From the IMG/VR virus record IMGVR_UViG_3300020161_000532, positions 1-31,521 of that record: a stretch of 31,521 nucleotides of DNA. One strand, 5' to 3'. The notes beneath the pieces were generated by a model. That model did not search any database. It was not told the origin of the DNA and saw only the letters and a program-made list of their open reading frames with translations. The stretch comes from a virus. Taxonomy: Duplodnaviria > Caudoviricetes. Positions 1 through 9,413 of the stretch are shown piece after piece. Positions within the stretch are counted from its first letter, which is position 1. The number at the start of each line of letters is the position of its first letter. The translations under genes were made by a program, and so were the position numbers.

Positions 1-887
1 AAGTAAACGATTTCCTCAGGGTTGTAGTATCCTACACCTACGTTGTAAACTACTTTACCACGTACTTTACCAGTCAATAAACCGATTTCGTCTTCGTCAA
101 CCATAGCCACTTGATTGTGGTCAGCAGTTAAACCTGTTGCGAAAACTAAGTTTTTACGCTCGTAGATAACAACTGAGTTTGCAGGAAGTCCGTTTAATAC
201 GGTCAAAGTGTGACGTCCGAAAGTTAAAGGGAAGTCGGTGTTACCCATTCCGTAAACAATCCCTTGAGTTGACAAGTAAAAAGCGTAGTATTGAGCAACA
301 TCGGGAGATACTGCGAAAACTAACTCTTTATTTCTCAAAGCGATTGGCAAATCAGCCAAAGCGGGTTTCAAGTATTTAGTTAATACGTTCGATTCAGAAA
401 CGGCAGCGTCAGCAGTTGGTTTGTTTACATCTCCATCGGCATCAAACAAAGTAATGAAACCGTCAAAGTTTGTAGATGACTGCCAAATGTCAGTCTCCAA
501 TTTTTCACCGATAGCACCCAAAACCTCAGCTTGGATTGCATCCATGATATCGCTTGGAGCGGTTGAGTTAGCAGCACCTGCACCCATGATACCGTCTGAC
601 CATGTAGCTCTAAAATCTTCTTTACAAACGTCAAAATCATTTTTGAATTTGAAAGGCTCGATTAGGTTTTCGTTTAAAACGATAGTCCCAGCAGGAGCAA
701 ATCCGCAAGTGTAAGCGGTAGTCCCATCAGTGTAAGCAATTTTACGCAAAGACAATTTGTAGTTTACGTTTTCAGCGATAGTAACCGCGTTTTTTTCGAT
801 AGTGTCAATTGTCTTGAACGCTTGACCGATAATTACTCCAGCGTCACGGCCTGAGTAGTTAGATGATACAGTTGTAGTTGTAGCCAT
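1..887 (-). CDS. Major capsid protein, N-terminal 295 codons (continues across the window junction)
   Basis: Absent from the ORF track because it runs off the edge. ATG at 887 gives MATTTTVSSNYSGRDAG...KVVYNVGVGYYNPEEIVY with no stop. It lies directly after the protease/scaffold gene, and ~300 aa suits an HK97-fold capsid. Confidence 0.8.
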   Translation of the reverse strand, partial: MATTTTVSSNYSGRDAGVIIGQAFKTIDTIEKNAVTIAENVNYKLSLRKIAYTDGTTAYTCGFAPAGTIVLNENLIEPFKFKNDFDVCKEDFRATWSDGIMGAGAANSTAPSDIMDAIQAEVLGAIGEKLETDIWQSSTNFDGFITLFDADGDVNKPTADAAVSESNVLTKYLKPALADLPIALRNKELVFAVSPDVAQYYAFYLSTQGIVYGMGNTDFPLTFGRHTLTVLNGLPANSVVIYERKNLVFATGLTADHNQVAMVDEDEIGLLTGKVRGKVVYNVGVGYYNPEEIVY

Positions 888-889
888 TT

Positions 890-1987
890 TTAGTTTAAAT
901 TTTTAATGTTGTTTAATATTTTTTGATTACGTGTCAATTTCACGTTTGAGTTTGAAGTTTGAGCAACTTCGGGCTTTGCTTTTGTAGATGCTTTCACTTC
1001 TACTTGAGAGGTTTTAACCTCAGCGATTTGAGCTGATAATTCAGTTCTAACCGATTCGATTTGTTTTGCAACCTCAACACTCATCGAGGTAACGATTGAT
1101 TTTACCAATGCAGCGAATTGATCCTCGCTTGTCATTTCAACAGGAGCCTCTTCAACTTCTACCTCTTCAACCATTGCGTCTTTAATTTCGGCAATAATTC
1201 CCTCTTCGGTAATTACCAAAATTCGTCCATCCTCAAGTTCGTGTTCTCCAATTGGAGCGGGAACTTTGTCGCCGTTTTCAGCTACAATCATAACAGGAAC
1301 TCCTGCCTCAAAAGATTCAGCCTCTAAAACGGTAACACCATCTTTGAGCATCATGGTTGACATAGTCACTTCCACTTGCTCGGTCTCGTTCGATAATTTT
1401 ACCGAGGCGAAACCATCTTTTATCGCGTTAACGATGCTTTCTAAATTCATACTATATTCACTATTTAAATTAATTTTCTCTAAATCAAAAACGCCGTCAA
1501 TCGAAAATCCTTTGACTTTGCCTGTCTTAACGTAGTCGTTCCAAATCTCGTCGTTGTTTACTTTCATTGCAGCAAACCACGTACCCACTGGCTCGTTAAA
1601 ACCATAATGTACTGACTTATCATGTACCTCGTCCATCTTAATCCACGTTTCAACAAAAGTCACGTCTTGGACGTTGTCGCCTGAGTGTTCAATCGTTGAG
1701 TTATTCTGATATCCTTGACGACTGAAATTTTGTTGTACTTGCTTAATCGTTTCGGGGGGGAATACGATGTTAAATTCGTGTCCGTCCTGGTTGCGATAAA
1801 TCGGTTGGTTTGGTATTAAAACCGCACCCAACAAAATGCGTTGCTCTTCGTTTATAGTTGCGAGCTTCAACTCTCTTTGTTTTGATAAGGTCACAAATTG
1901 CACCCCTATGGCAGGATCGGAGACCATCGAAATGCAGTACACCCCGTCGTTATCTCCCTCGTTAAATTTTACTTCATACGTTTCCAT
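890..1987 (-). CDS. XkdF-like prohead serine protease with acidic scaffold-like C-terminus
   Basis: N-terminal motifs (GAVLIPNQPIYR, TIEH, GTWFAAMKV, KGFSIDG) match XkdF/S78-type phage proteases. Acidic, coiled-coil-like C-terminal half. Immediately upstream of the capsid gene. Confidence 0.8.
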   Translation of the reverse strand: METYEVKFNEGDNDGVYCISMVSDPAIGVQFVTLSKQRELKLATINEEQRILLGAVLIPNQPIYRNQDGHEFNIVFPPETIKQVQQNFSRQGYQNNSTIEHSGDNVQDVTFVETWIKMDEVHDKSVHYGFNEPVGTWFAAMKVNNDEIWNDYVKTGKVKGFSIDGVFDLEKINLNSEYSMNLESIVNAIKDGFASVKLSNETEQVEVTMSTMMLKDGVTVLEAESFEAGVPVMIVAENGDKVPAPIGEHELEDGRILVITEEGIIAEIKDAMVEEVEVEEAPVEMTSEDQFAALVKSIVTSMSVEVAKQIESVRTELSAQIAEVKTSQVEVKASTKAKPEVAQTSNSNVKLTRNQKILNNIKNLN

Positions 1988-2016
1988 AACTTAATAACTG
2001 ATTTTAAATGTTTTGT
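1988..2016 (-). promoter_or_regulatory. Putative phage late promoter C
   Basis: ACAAA-N10-TCAGTTAT-N6-ATG, with the same spacing as the copies at 9257-9285 and 30841-30869. Confidence 0.7.
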
Positions 2017-2032
2017 TATAAACTTTTTTTCG

Positions 2033-2116
2033 TTTTCAATTTTTAAATTGAAAAACTCAACCCTTTTTTCAACCTATAACCTTAAAATTTTATAGTTTTT
2101 TAAGGTTATAAGCTGA
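2033..2116. repeat. Cluster of operator-like palindromes
   Basis: TTTTCAATTT-TT-AAATTGAAAA (2033-2054). TCAACCTATAACCTTA (2069-2084) and TAAGGTTATAAGCTGA (2101-2116) are near-inverted copies of each other. Confidence 0.7.
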
Positions 2117-2120
2117 TAAA

Positions 2121-3998
2121 CTACCCTCCAAGTGTTGCGCTTTGAATTATATTGCGGTCAAGTGATTGGGCCGTTGTCACGTTATTCGCTACGACGTAGG
2201 CTTGTACTGGCGTTTGTTGCTGCGCTCCCATTACGCCCGCTAATTGATTGACACCTGTTGAGCCAACGACGTTAAATTGTGGGGCCGTTGCACCGCCACC
2301 CATTGAAGGTGCTGATCCGCCACCACCGCCCGGAGTTTTAACTGCTAAAATCTTTTTAACAGATGCGTAACCAGAAGCCAACGAGCCAGCCGCTGCAACT
2401 GCCCCTAAAGCTATACCTACTGGTCCCGGTACTGCCGCTACCATTCCTTTATATGCAGAAACTCCCGATTGTATTGTATCTATTGTTGCTGCTGCAACTG
2501 CGGCTGCTTTACCCGCCGTTGTACTTTCACCTAATAAACTCGAAGCAGTTTTTAATGTTGATGAAAAGGCTGATAAAGCAGCCATTCTCGCAGCTGCTTT
2601 TTCTTTTTCTAATTTTTTAATAGCATCAGCATTTTCTTTTTCATCGTCATATTGCTTTTTTTGAGCAGTAAGATTGATATCATTAATTTTATTTAAATGC
2701 TCAATTTCTAATTGCTCAGTATCATAACCATTTTTTACCGCGTTGTCGTACTTAATTTTATAAGCATCATTTTCGTTTTTAATTGCAAGCTCTTGCTCAG
2801 TTAGTAAAGCGTCGGAATTTGCCTTAGTTGCTGCCTCAATATCATCCAAAGCCTTATAAGATTCCTCTCTTTGCTTATCTCTTGATGCCTTTGCAAATTC
2901 CTCCTGAAGTCTTAATAACTCCTCAGCCTCTTTTTTCTTTGCAGCTAACCTATCTTCCTTTTCTTTTAATCTATCCGCCTTTGATTTTTCGCCATTTTCT
3001 TTTTCTTTTTCTCGAGCTTTTACAGCTTGATCGGCTTCAAAGTTTGCAACCTCTAAATTTCCTTGACGAAGTAAGTCAAGATTTTGATTTCTTAAATCTT
3101 GTATTCTTTTATTTTGCTCTTTTGTTAATAAATATTCTTGACCTTTTGTAGCAATAAGATTATCAATTTCTTTGGCATTGTTCTCAATTCTTGAATTAAT
3201 ACCATCGATTTTTATTTTAGTCAATTCCTTATCAGATGCCCCTCTTTTTTTTGCCTCAGCAAGTTCCATTTGAGTCCAATTATCAATAGATTTTGCAGCG
3301 TCATCCGATAATTGCTTTGTATATTCTAATTGCGTGTTAAGACGTTTTTGCTCCTCAGTTAATTCTTTGGCAGCATCAGCGCCTTCGTTCATTTTAGAAA
3401 CCAAATAACCAATACCAACAACTAATGCCCCAATCCCAGTTGATACAATCGCGGCTTTTAATGTAACAAAAGAAGCGGCTGTCGTATTTACTGCTCCTGA
3501 AAACACTCTTTGAATAAATGCTGCGGCAGCTGTTGCTGCTGAATTAAGTTTTTGAAAAGCGGTTGAGCTTTGAACTACTGCGCTCAATTGTTTAAATGAG
3601 TCAACGCTTTCCCCAACTGCTTGGATGCCTTGCGACAAGGCCATCGCACTCTGCACTTTTAAAAGTGTGGCTTGTACATTTTCTGACTCAACACCAAATA
3701 AAGCCATTCCTCCTTGAGCAGCAGCAAAGCCTCCAGCAACACCCGATAAAGATGCAGTTAACGATCTAAATTTAGCGTCGGGATTGAACGCGTCGGTTAA
3801 GGCCTTAGCATCGCCGATTCGGTCTTTAAGTTCTCCCGCTTTTTTAGCAGCATTTACCGCCTCCGCTGAAGTGGCCCCGAATTTATCCGAGAGTTTAGCA
3901 ACATCCGCCTGCGCCTCTCTTAATTGCGAGCGTAAACTGCCAACCGCTTGTTCCGCGTTGCCTTGTACTTTTATATCAATTACCTTTTCTATTGCCAT
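2121..3998 (-). CDS. Tail tape measure protein
   Basis: 625 aa, Ala/Gly-rich helical segments, long charged coiled coil and hydrophobic stretches. Located in the tail module. Confidence 0.75.
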   Translation of the reverse strand: MAIEKVIDIKVQGNAEQAVGSLRSQLREAQADVAKLSDKFGATSAEAVNAAKKAGELKDRIGDAKALTDAFNPDAKFRSLTASLSGVAGGFAAAQGGMALFGVESENVQATLLKVQSAMALSQGIQAVGESVDSFKQLSAVVQSSTAFQKLNSAATAAAAFIQRVFSGAVNTTAASFVTLKAAIVSTGIGALVVGIGYLVSKMNEGADAAKELTEEQKRLNTQLEYTKQLSDDAAKSIDNWTQMELAEAKKRGASDKELTKIKIDGINSRIENNAKEIDNLIATKGQEYLLTKEQNKRIQDLRNQNLDLLRQGNLEVANFEADQAVKAREKEKENGEKSKADRLKEKEDRLAAKKKEAEELLRLQEEFAKASRDKQREESYKALDDIEAATKANSDALLTEQELAIKNENDAYKIKYDNAVKNGYDTEQLEIEHLNKINDINLTAQKKQYDDEKENADAIKKLEKEKAAARMAALSAFSSTLKTASSLLGESTTAGKAAAVAAATIDTIQSGVSAYKGMVAAVPGPVGIALGAVAAAGSLASGYASVKKILAVKTPGGGGGSAPSMGGGATAPQFNVVGSTGVNQLAGVMGAQQQTPVQAYVVANNVTTAQSLDRNIIQSATLGG

Positions 3999-4126
3999 TT
4001 CAGTGCCTTTTTAAATAGTTGTAAATAGTTGCGTGTGTATTCGTATCGCCCCTTGGCGATTGCAATCGTCTCGGTATTCTCGTATTGCTCCGCGATTTTG
4101 AGCATTTGTAAAATGTGATTAAGCAT
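3989..4126 (-). CDS. Small hypothetical protein (45 aa), tail module
   Basis: ATG at 4126 (MLNHILQMLK...) overlaps the upstream stop, and its stop overlaps the tape-measure start. It fills the gap exactly. Confidence 0.6.
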   Translation of the reverse strand: MLNHILQMLKIAEQYENTETIAIAKGRYEYTRNYLQLFKKALKWQ

Positions 4127-6449
4127 ATTGGTAGACTGGTATTTTAATTTCGGTTGATATTCCATTTTTGTAGTAACGCAAAGCAATTTCGTCGTCGCGA
4201 TCAACTCCGCTCGTATTGGCAGGGATAGTCACGTCCAAGACAATATCCGCATCGTTGTCAGCTGTAATCGGGTAACTCAAAAAGCCTCCCGAGGTAACCG
4301 TGTCAAATGTATCGTAGTTAATTTTATAAATTAAAAACTGCACAACTTGGGCTGTATTGTCAACCGATAGCGCGGTTTTGTCTGCATAACGCAAAAGTGG
4401 GGAGCCGTCAATTATACGGAAATCGTTTAATAACTCAAAGTCAACGTCACCAGTAGTTAGGTCGGTTGTCATCGTATTAATTATATAACGCTTATTGGAT
4501 AACACAACTCGGTCGTTCAATTTTAGCGACGTAAGTAGATAAGGATTTAAATTTGCCTTTGCTTTTATAACTCGCGTCCGTTGGTTGTAAATGTTAAAAA
4601 TCGAGTTTGCATAGTACTGCTTAAAAAGTCCGTTAGTTGATTGCTCTAAATAGAAGGGTGAAATCTCGATGCCCCAATTTAAAGTTCTTAAATAACTAAA
4701 ATCGCTTCCTCCTAACCCCAGTTCATTTGAAAATCTTGGATATTCTAAATATAATCCTGGCGTAACGCCATCGGTATAGTAAACACCCCCATCGCTTAAA
4801 GTTTGCACTCCATTATAATACATTAAAACTGGCTTTGGTGTATATGGTTGTCTATCTTTATTCCAACAAGTTGCTGTTAAAAATTCCGATTCAGGATAAC
4901 GCTCCCACATGATATTTTCGAACGGCAATTTAACTTCATAATTTGTAGTAAAGGCTGAGTCGGGATTATCAAAAATAAGGTCGCCATATTCATCGGGACT
5001 ATTAGCACCTCGGTAAAAATTATTTAAAATATTTTCTGATTTTTCGTATTTAAATGATATTTGTTTGAATAGGTTGGGCCTTGATATCTCGATGTCCTCA
5101 GCCTTAACATATTCGGTTATATCTATAATTGTACCTCTTTGATACCATGCCTCCAATGACTGAAAAAAGAATTTATTTTCACCTGTTGGAACAATTACCA
5201 AATTCATCGCTTTTATAATTGCAGTTAAAAAAGTGTCGATTGTCATGTCAGGCATATATCGACTGATTTGTAAATCTCCCGAAGTTGAGTTAGCAGTTGC
5301 ATAAGCCTTTCTATTATAACCTGTAAATGACGAGCCGCTATTCTTTTTTAAATTTAACTCAGCGTTAAATGTAATAGGCAGCTCGGAAGTTAATTTGTAA
5401 GTAAAAGCGTGCGTAACGAATTGGCCGCTTACTAAATTCTCGTCCACTCGGTAAAGACTAAAATAACTTAAATCTTGATAGCCTGTTAAATCTTCAAATG
5501 TATTCCAAAGTACTCCGTTGTCATAAATTTGAACGCTGTAAGTAATTACCGAACTTGTTGGAGTTATTTTTATCCACGATTCGTATCGGTTAGCGTTTGG
5601 CTCCTCTTGAAATGAAAATGTAAGCGTGTCAGTTGGTAAATCCATTTGAGTAAACCCTCCATCTTTTGTGCTAAAATTCACTAAAATAGGATCTCCATAA
5701 AAATTAAATTTCTCGGTGTTTTTGCAGTACAAAAACAACTCGCTAAACATAGTATAATTAAAGAAAGTTCCCTCAAATATTAATCCATATTTGTTTTGTA
5801 TATAATCAAATATTTTTTTTACCCTTACCGCAGGAAATAACTCTCTATAATCTACCGCTCCAGTAGTAGTGCAAACATCGCTCGAAGTTCCTGTTAAGAA
5901 TTCATAACGTCGGTCGCTACCAATAAGCGGAAATTTTACATTAGTGTATCCACCTTCTACAACATTTGTATAGTTATACTCAAAATTCAAATCATCAAGG
6001 CCCTCAAGTTGATTGAGTTTATCCTCTTTAAATTTGTCTTTGAGCTGCACCAAATTACCTACAAAATTGATTGTATAAGATTCTATAAATCCGTTCTTTT
6101 TGTTGGCCTTCTGCATTGTGAATTTGCCGTCACGAAATGGGATTGTATCAATCTCGATAAATCCGTAGTACTTAATTCGATGGTCGAACGCGTTATCTAC
6201 GTTTTGGGGATTGATATCATTTGTATCACCCACGGACGACTCATACCAGTGGCGAAAAATCGCGTTGTTATGCTTACTTGCTGGGACTGTAAAACTCTGA
6301 GAATAATCGCAGAACAGTTTGCCAATATCGTTAAAATTTTGGATGCTCGAGGTAACGCTTATTTTTTCGTCGTTAAATAATTCAATGCGATGCGCAACAG
6401 GTACACCAAGAGCATCGTCAACATAAATATAGAGTTGTACGTTCTGCAT
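4119..6449 (-). CDS. Large tail (tip/hub-like) structural protein
   Basis: 776 aa, beta-rich and aromatic. N-terminal IELFNDEKISVTSSIQ...YSQSFTVPASKHNN pattern is typical of Bacteroidota phage tail proteins. Adjacent to the tape measure gene. Confidence 0.65.
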   Translation of the reverse strand: MQNVQLYIYVDDALGVPVAHRIELFNDEKISVTSSIQNFNDIGKLFCDYSQSFTVPASKHNNAIFRHWYESSVGDTNDINPQNVDNAFDHRIKYYGFIEIDTIPFRDGKFTMQKANKKNGFIESYTINFVGNLVQLKDKFKEDKLNQLEGLDDLNFEYNYTNVVEGGYTNVKFPLIGSDRRYEFLTGTSSDVCTTTGAVDYRELFPAVRVKKIFDYIQNKYGLIFEGTFFNYTMFSELFLYCKNTEKFNFYGDPILVNFSTKDGGFTQMDLPTDTLTFSFQEEPNANRYESWIKITPTSSVITYSVQIYDNGVLWNTFEDLTGYQDLSYFSLYRVDENLVSGQFVTHAFTYKLTSELPITFNAELNLKKNSGSSFTGYNRKAYATANSTSGDLQISRYMPDMTIDTFLTAIIKAMNLVIVPTGENKFFFQSLEAWYQRGTIIDITEYVKAEDIEISRPNLFKQISFKYEKSENILNNFYRGANSPDEYGDLIFDNPDSAFTTNYEVKLPFENIMWERYPESEFLTATCWNKDRQPYTPKPVLMYYNGVQTLSDGGVYYTDGVTPGLYLEYPRFSNELGLGGSDFSYLRTLNWGIEISPFYLEQSTNGLFKQYYANSIFNIYNQRTRVIKAKANLNPYLLTSLKLNDRVVLSNKRYIINTMTTDLTTGDVDFELLNDFRIIDGSPLLRYADKTALSVDNTAQVVQFLIYKINYDTFDTVTSGGFLSYPITADNDADIVLDVTIPANTSGVDRDDEIALRYYKNGISTEIKIPVYQYA

Positions 6450-7549
6450 TATACGACGTCATTTATAAGGTTATAAGAGTAATCGAACTCGATTGTGTAG
6501 TTGATGTTTTTATCCTTCAATCGCGTTTTTAAAGCAGTCGATTTGGTCTTTACATTTACAGGCTTATTGTCCAATAAAACGGTCTCGCTCAACATTAAAT
6601 CGGTGATCACGTTGGCGAAATTCTCATCAATCCAACCAGTGTTTAAAGTGACCGATTGCTTACCTTTAAAATTGAACGATTGAAACTGATTTCGCAGCGG
6701 GTTATAATCCCAATTATCGGGCAATAGTTGAAAGGTCGAGTTTTCAACCTGCAAACTATTTGTTTGAGCCTTGAAAAATACAAGGAATTGCCACCCTCCG
6801 TATCGGTTTATAAACTCGCAAGTCACTGGCGTATACTTCGCCTCGCAAATTGGTAAAAATGTGACCGTTGGTTGTATCGTTTCTACGAGTTCGCTCTCAA
6901 TTATTACATCGTTTCCGTAGTTATGGTCTGCAATTCCCGCGTCTTTTGCGGGTATCATAAACATGTAAGTGTCCGCAACAAAACTATCGTCCAATAATAC
7001 TTGCGTACTCGAAGTAAAAGTGCGTCGATTTGTCCATTTAGCCTCGGTTAGTGACTCTCCATCATGCTCAATTAATACGTTAAAGTAAGGCAAATCGTCT
7101 TGCACAGTTGCCTCGTTATAATATTGATATATTTCGGGGTTTGTTAGGTATGCGATTGGAGCTGTTGTATCTTGATTTGCGCCACCCATGTAAGAGGTAA
7201 ACCCATTTACACCTATGTAGCTAATCTCACGTACAAGCAGCCACGTTTTATCGCCTGCTAATTGGTAAAACCACTCGGCGCGAACGTACACCCAAACATC
7301 GTTTGACTCTTCGTGTGCGTAGTCTCTCGGGTCTGCGTCAATCGGCATAATTTTCTCAGCGATATATGGCGCGATGTTAAAGATAATCAAAGGCGATGCA
7401 GCCGAAACGATATTTTTCTCCAGGGTGTAGGTTGCCTCAGTCGGCTCGGTTTCGCCCTTATGCCAAATAAATAGTTTTAATTGTGCGGCAACTTGATCGG
7501 TCTCATCAACTTCGATAAAATAGGGCGACCTAACGTTTAATATTTTCAT
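6449..7549 (-). CDS. Tail structural protein (distal-tail-like)
   Basis: 366 aa, translationally coupled on both sides. C-terminal FINRYGGWQFLVFF...LNTGWI motif. Tail module context. Confidence 0.55.
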   Translation of the reverse strand: MKILNVRSPYFIEVDETDQVAAQLKLFIWHKGETEPTEATYTLEKNIVSAASPLIIFNIAPYIAEKIMPIDADPRDYAHEESNDVWVYVRAEWFYQLAGDKTWLLVREISYIGVNGFTSYMGGANQDTTAPIAYLTNPEIYQYYNEATVQDDLPYFNVLIEHDGESLTEAKWTNRRTFTSSTQVLLDDSFVADTYMFMIPAKDAGIADHNYGNDVIIESELVETIQPTVTFLPICEAKYTPVTCEFINRYGGWQFLVFFKAQTNSLQVENSTFQLLPDNWDYNPLRNQFQSFNFKGKQSVTLNTGWIDENFANVITDLMLSETVLLDNKPVNVKTKSTALKTRLKDKNINYTIEFDYSYNLINDVV

Positions 7550-8060
7550 TTACTACGTATTTTAAAAATGATTCTAAATCGAGGCCGTACTTCTCAGCGA
7601 TGACCTCATCAAAATTTTTATATTCTAAATCAAAGGCGTTCCGAAAGAATTTCGTCTCGTATGTCCCGGTCTTATTTATCGATTTTGTGATTGCCTCAAC
7701 CATCGACTTGCGACTTGAAAAACGCCCATCTTTGCCCCTCGTTCCTTTGAGTCCTTTACGAACAACCCACTTATCAATCGCTCCAATTTTTGCGTCGGCT
7801 TTGTATGGCGATTTTGGAGCCTTTCTACTTGATTGACTTCCTGTTGTTCCATAGTCCAATAATTTCCAATAGTCCTCAGCGTAAAAGTCAAACTCCAAAG
7901 AGTTCGGGTTTATCTTAGTTTTAAAGTTGAGCGACCTTGATAACTTACCGCTCGCATTATTTGTACCGTATCGGCCCCCTGTTTTAAGGTTGGCCTGTGC
8001 GCGTTGCACAACCATCGCTCCAAATTCGTTGAGGGCTTGTTGTACTATTTTAGTTTCCAT
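7530..8060 (-). CDS. Neck/tail-completion protein (HK97 gp10-like)
   Basis: Likely start is ATG 8060 (METKIV). Basic protein with ASGKLSRSL, YWKLLDYGT and TKFFRNAF motifs typical of tail-completion proteins. Confidence 0.6.
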   Translation of the reverse strand: METKIVQQALNEFGAMVVQRAQANLKTGGRYGTNNASGKLSRSLNFKTKINPNSLEFDFYAEDYWKLLDYGTTGSQSSRKAPKSPYKADAKIGAIDKWVVRKGLKGTRGKDGRFSSRKSMVEAITKSINKTGTYETKFFRNAFDLEYKNFDEVIAEKYGLDLESFLKYVVNENIKR

Positions 8061-8514
8061 CGCAGCAAACTGTGAAATCGTCGTTCGGAACTTGCAACTC
8101 AATTTCACAACGCCACCCATCGAGGGCATTTGTGAACGCCATCAAAATAGGTTGAAGTGTTGGATCGTTTATGAGTTCAATGTCATCGTCGTTGCGTCGG
8201 AGTCTCATCTTTGTAATCATGTAGTTGAGTATCGCGTGGCACGTGTTGAGGTTATCGAGTTCGTTGTCGTTGCCTAAAAATTTGTCAGTAATATGCACCT
8301 TTGACATATTGCGAATGTCAACCACCGCCACCTCGAAAGTGAACGTCACTACGCCAGTGGTTACGCTCGACGATAGTACGTTGATGTGAGCCAGGGGGAA
8401 TATATTTTTTTTCACGTTGTCGATTATATCGGTGCCGTGAGTTATGGTCGTAAGTAGAGGCGCGCTTTCGAGCGTTGCCTTTATGTAGTCGATTGCTTGG
8501 TAAAATGCTCTCAT
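8050..8514 (-). CDS. Tail terminator-like protein
   Basis: 154 aa with FPLAHINV motif and alpha/beta pattern, next to the neck gene. Confidence 0.5.
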   Translation of the reverse strand: MRAFYQAIDYIKATLESAPLLTTITHGTDIIDNVKKNIFPLAHINVLSSSVTTGVVTFTFEVAVVDIRNMSKVHITDKFLGNDNELDNLNTCHAILNYMITKMRLRRNDDDIELINDPTLQPILMAFTNALDGWRCEIELQVPNDDFTVCCDGN

Positions 8515-8771
8515 GATTTCATTTGTTTTTTAATTTGTTTGGCCTCCTCCTGGGCCTCGTCGATTAGGTATGATAATAGCGTGAGTGACTCATGAAGTGG
8601 CTCTTTTCCCACATCGCGAACGTGGATTCTAAGTTCTCGCGCAATTCTAACAAATGACTGATACCAACCCCACCGCTCGCCAAAATTTCCTCCAAATTCA
8701 CTCCCTCCCTCGCTGCCTTGTCCTCCAAATGCAATAGAGTATTGCTCAATAAGTCTTTGCTTAAAGTCCAA
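8511..8771 (-). CDS. -1 frameshift extension of the tail assembly chaperone (GT-like)
   Basis: The frame opens at the T9 run (8770-8778) and ends in an ATGA overlap with the next gene. No ATG start of its own. Confidence 0.7.
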   Translation of the reverse strand: MDFKQRLIEQYSIAFGGQGSEGGSEFGGNFGERWGWYQSFVRIARELRIHVRDVGKEPLHESLTLLSYLIDEAQEEAKQIKKQMKS

Positions 8772-9256
8772 AAAAAAAGCATTGAGCCAACCACAACATC
8801 CATTCGCACGTCTTTAAATAAATCCGCTTTGCTCTCATCGCCATCAAACTCCTCGATTTCATAAAATGCTCCTGCCTTTCTTTTGATTGGTCGATATAAA
8901 ACCGACATTAATAGCGGTATGTTCTCATCGTTGCCGAGTAAAGTGTCCGCAGTTGCGTGTTCGCTGAGTGTCATCTTATCGAGATTCGGAATAAAACCGT
9001 AGTTCACGCCGTCCATTTTGAAGGTCTGCACGAGCTTTGGTTGTTGGTCGAGCGTCTTGGCGATGCTCTCAACAATCTCCGCGAAGTCGTTAACAGGGAT
9101 TTTCATCACATCGGCAACGCTTAGGTTGCAAAATATGGCCACCATTTGGATGCAAACAAAGGTCTCATCGTCCTGGTTGTCCTTTAATACCTTTTGGTAG
9201 CGTGTGTATTGAGATAATTTTATCTCGCTTAGGTTTGTTGGGATTACTACTCTCAT
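8564..9256 (-). CDS. Tail assembly chaperone (G-like)
   Basis: 230 aa, first gene after late promoter B. Contains the slippery CTT TTT TTT TGG. Confidence 0.65.
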   Translation of the reverse strand: MRVVIPTNLSEIKLSQYTRYQKVLKDNQDDETFVCIQMVAIFCNLSVADVMKIPVNDFAEIVESIAKTLDQQPKLVQTFKMDGVNYGFIPNLDKMTLSEHATADTLLGNDENIPLLMSVLYRPIKRKAGAFYEIEEFDGDESKADLFKDVRMDVVVGSMLFFWTLSKDLLSNTLLHLEDKAAREGVNLEEILASGGVGISHLLELRENLESTFAMWEKSHFMSHSRYYHT

Positions 9257-9285
9257 ACTTATATAACTGAAAAATGTTGTTTTGT
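9257..9285 (-). promoter_or_regulatory. Putative phage late promoter B
   Basis: ACAAA-ACAACATTTT-TCAGTTAT-ATAAGT-ATG. Confidence 0.7.
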
Positions 9286-9295
9286 TTATTTTTTT

Positions 9296-9387
9296 TACCC
9301 CCTCGGGTACGATTTGTACCCAAATGGGTACGCTTTTTAGAAAAATTCATGCACTTATACCCTCTCGGGTGTACGTTATAACGTACA
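9296..9387. repeat. Array of operator-like palindromes
   Basis: TACCC-N4-GGGT(A/G) at 9296, 9317 and 9358, and a perfect 18-bp palindrome TGTACGTTATAACGTACA at 9370-9387. Confidence 0.8.
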
Positions 9388-9413
9388 AAATCAAATGTTT
9401 TGCATCAAATAAC

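Noticed and set aside
9165-9350. 61-aa minus-strand ORF across the palindrome array
   Set aside because: It overlaps the late promoter and the chaperone start out of frame and has low-complexity sequence. Better explained as non-coding.
9296-9387. Mini-CRISPR interpretation of the repeats
   Set aside because: Units are 14 bp with gaps as short as 7 bp and variable centres, which does not fit repeat-spacer sizes. No cas genes are present.
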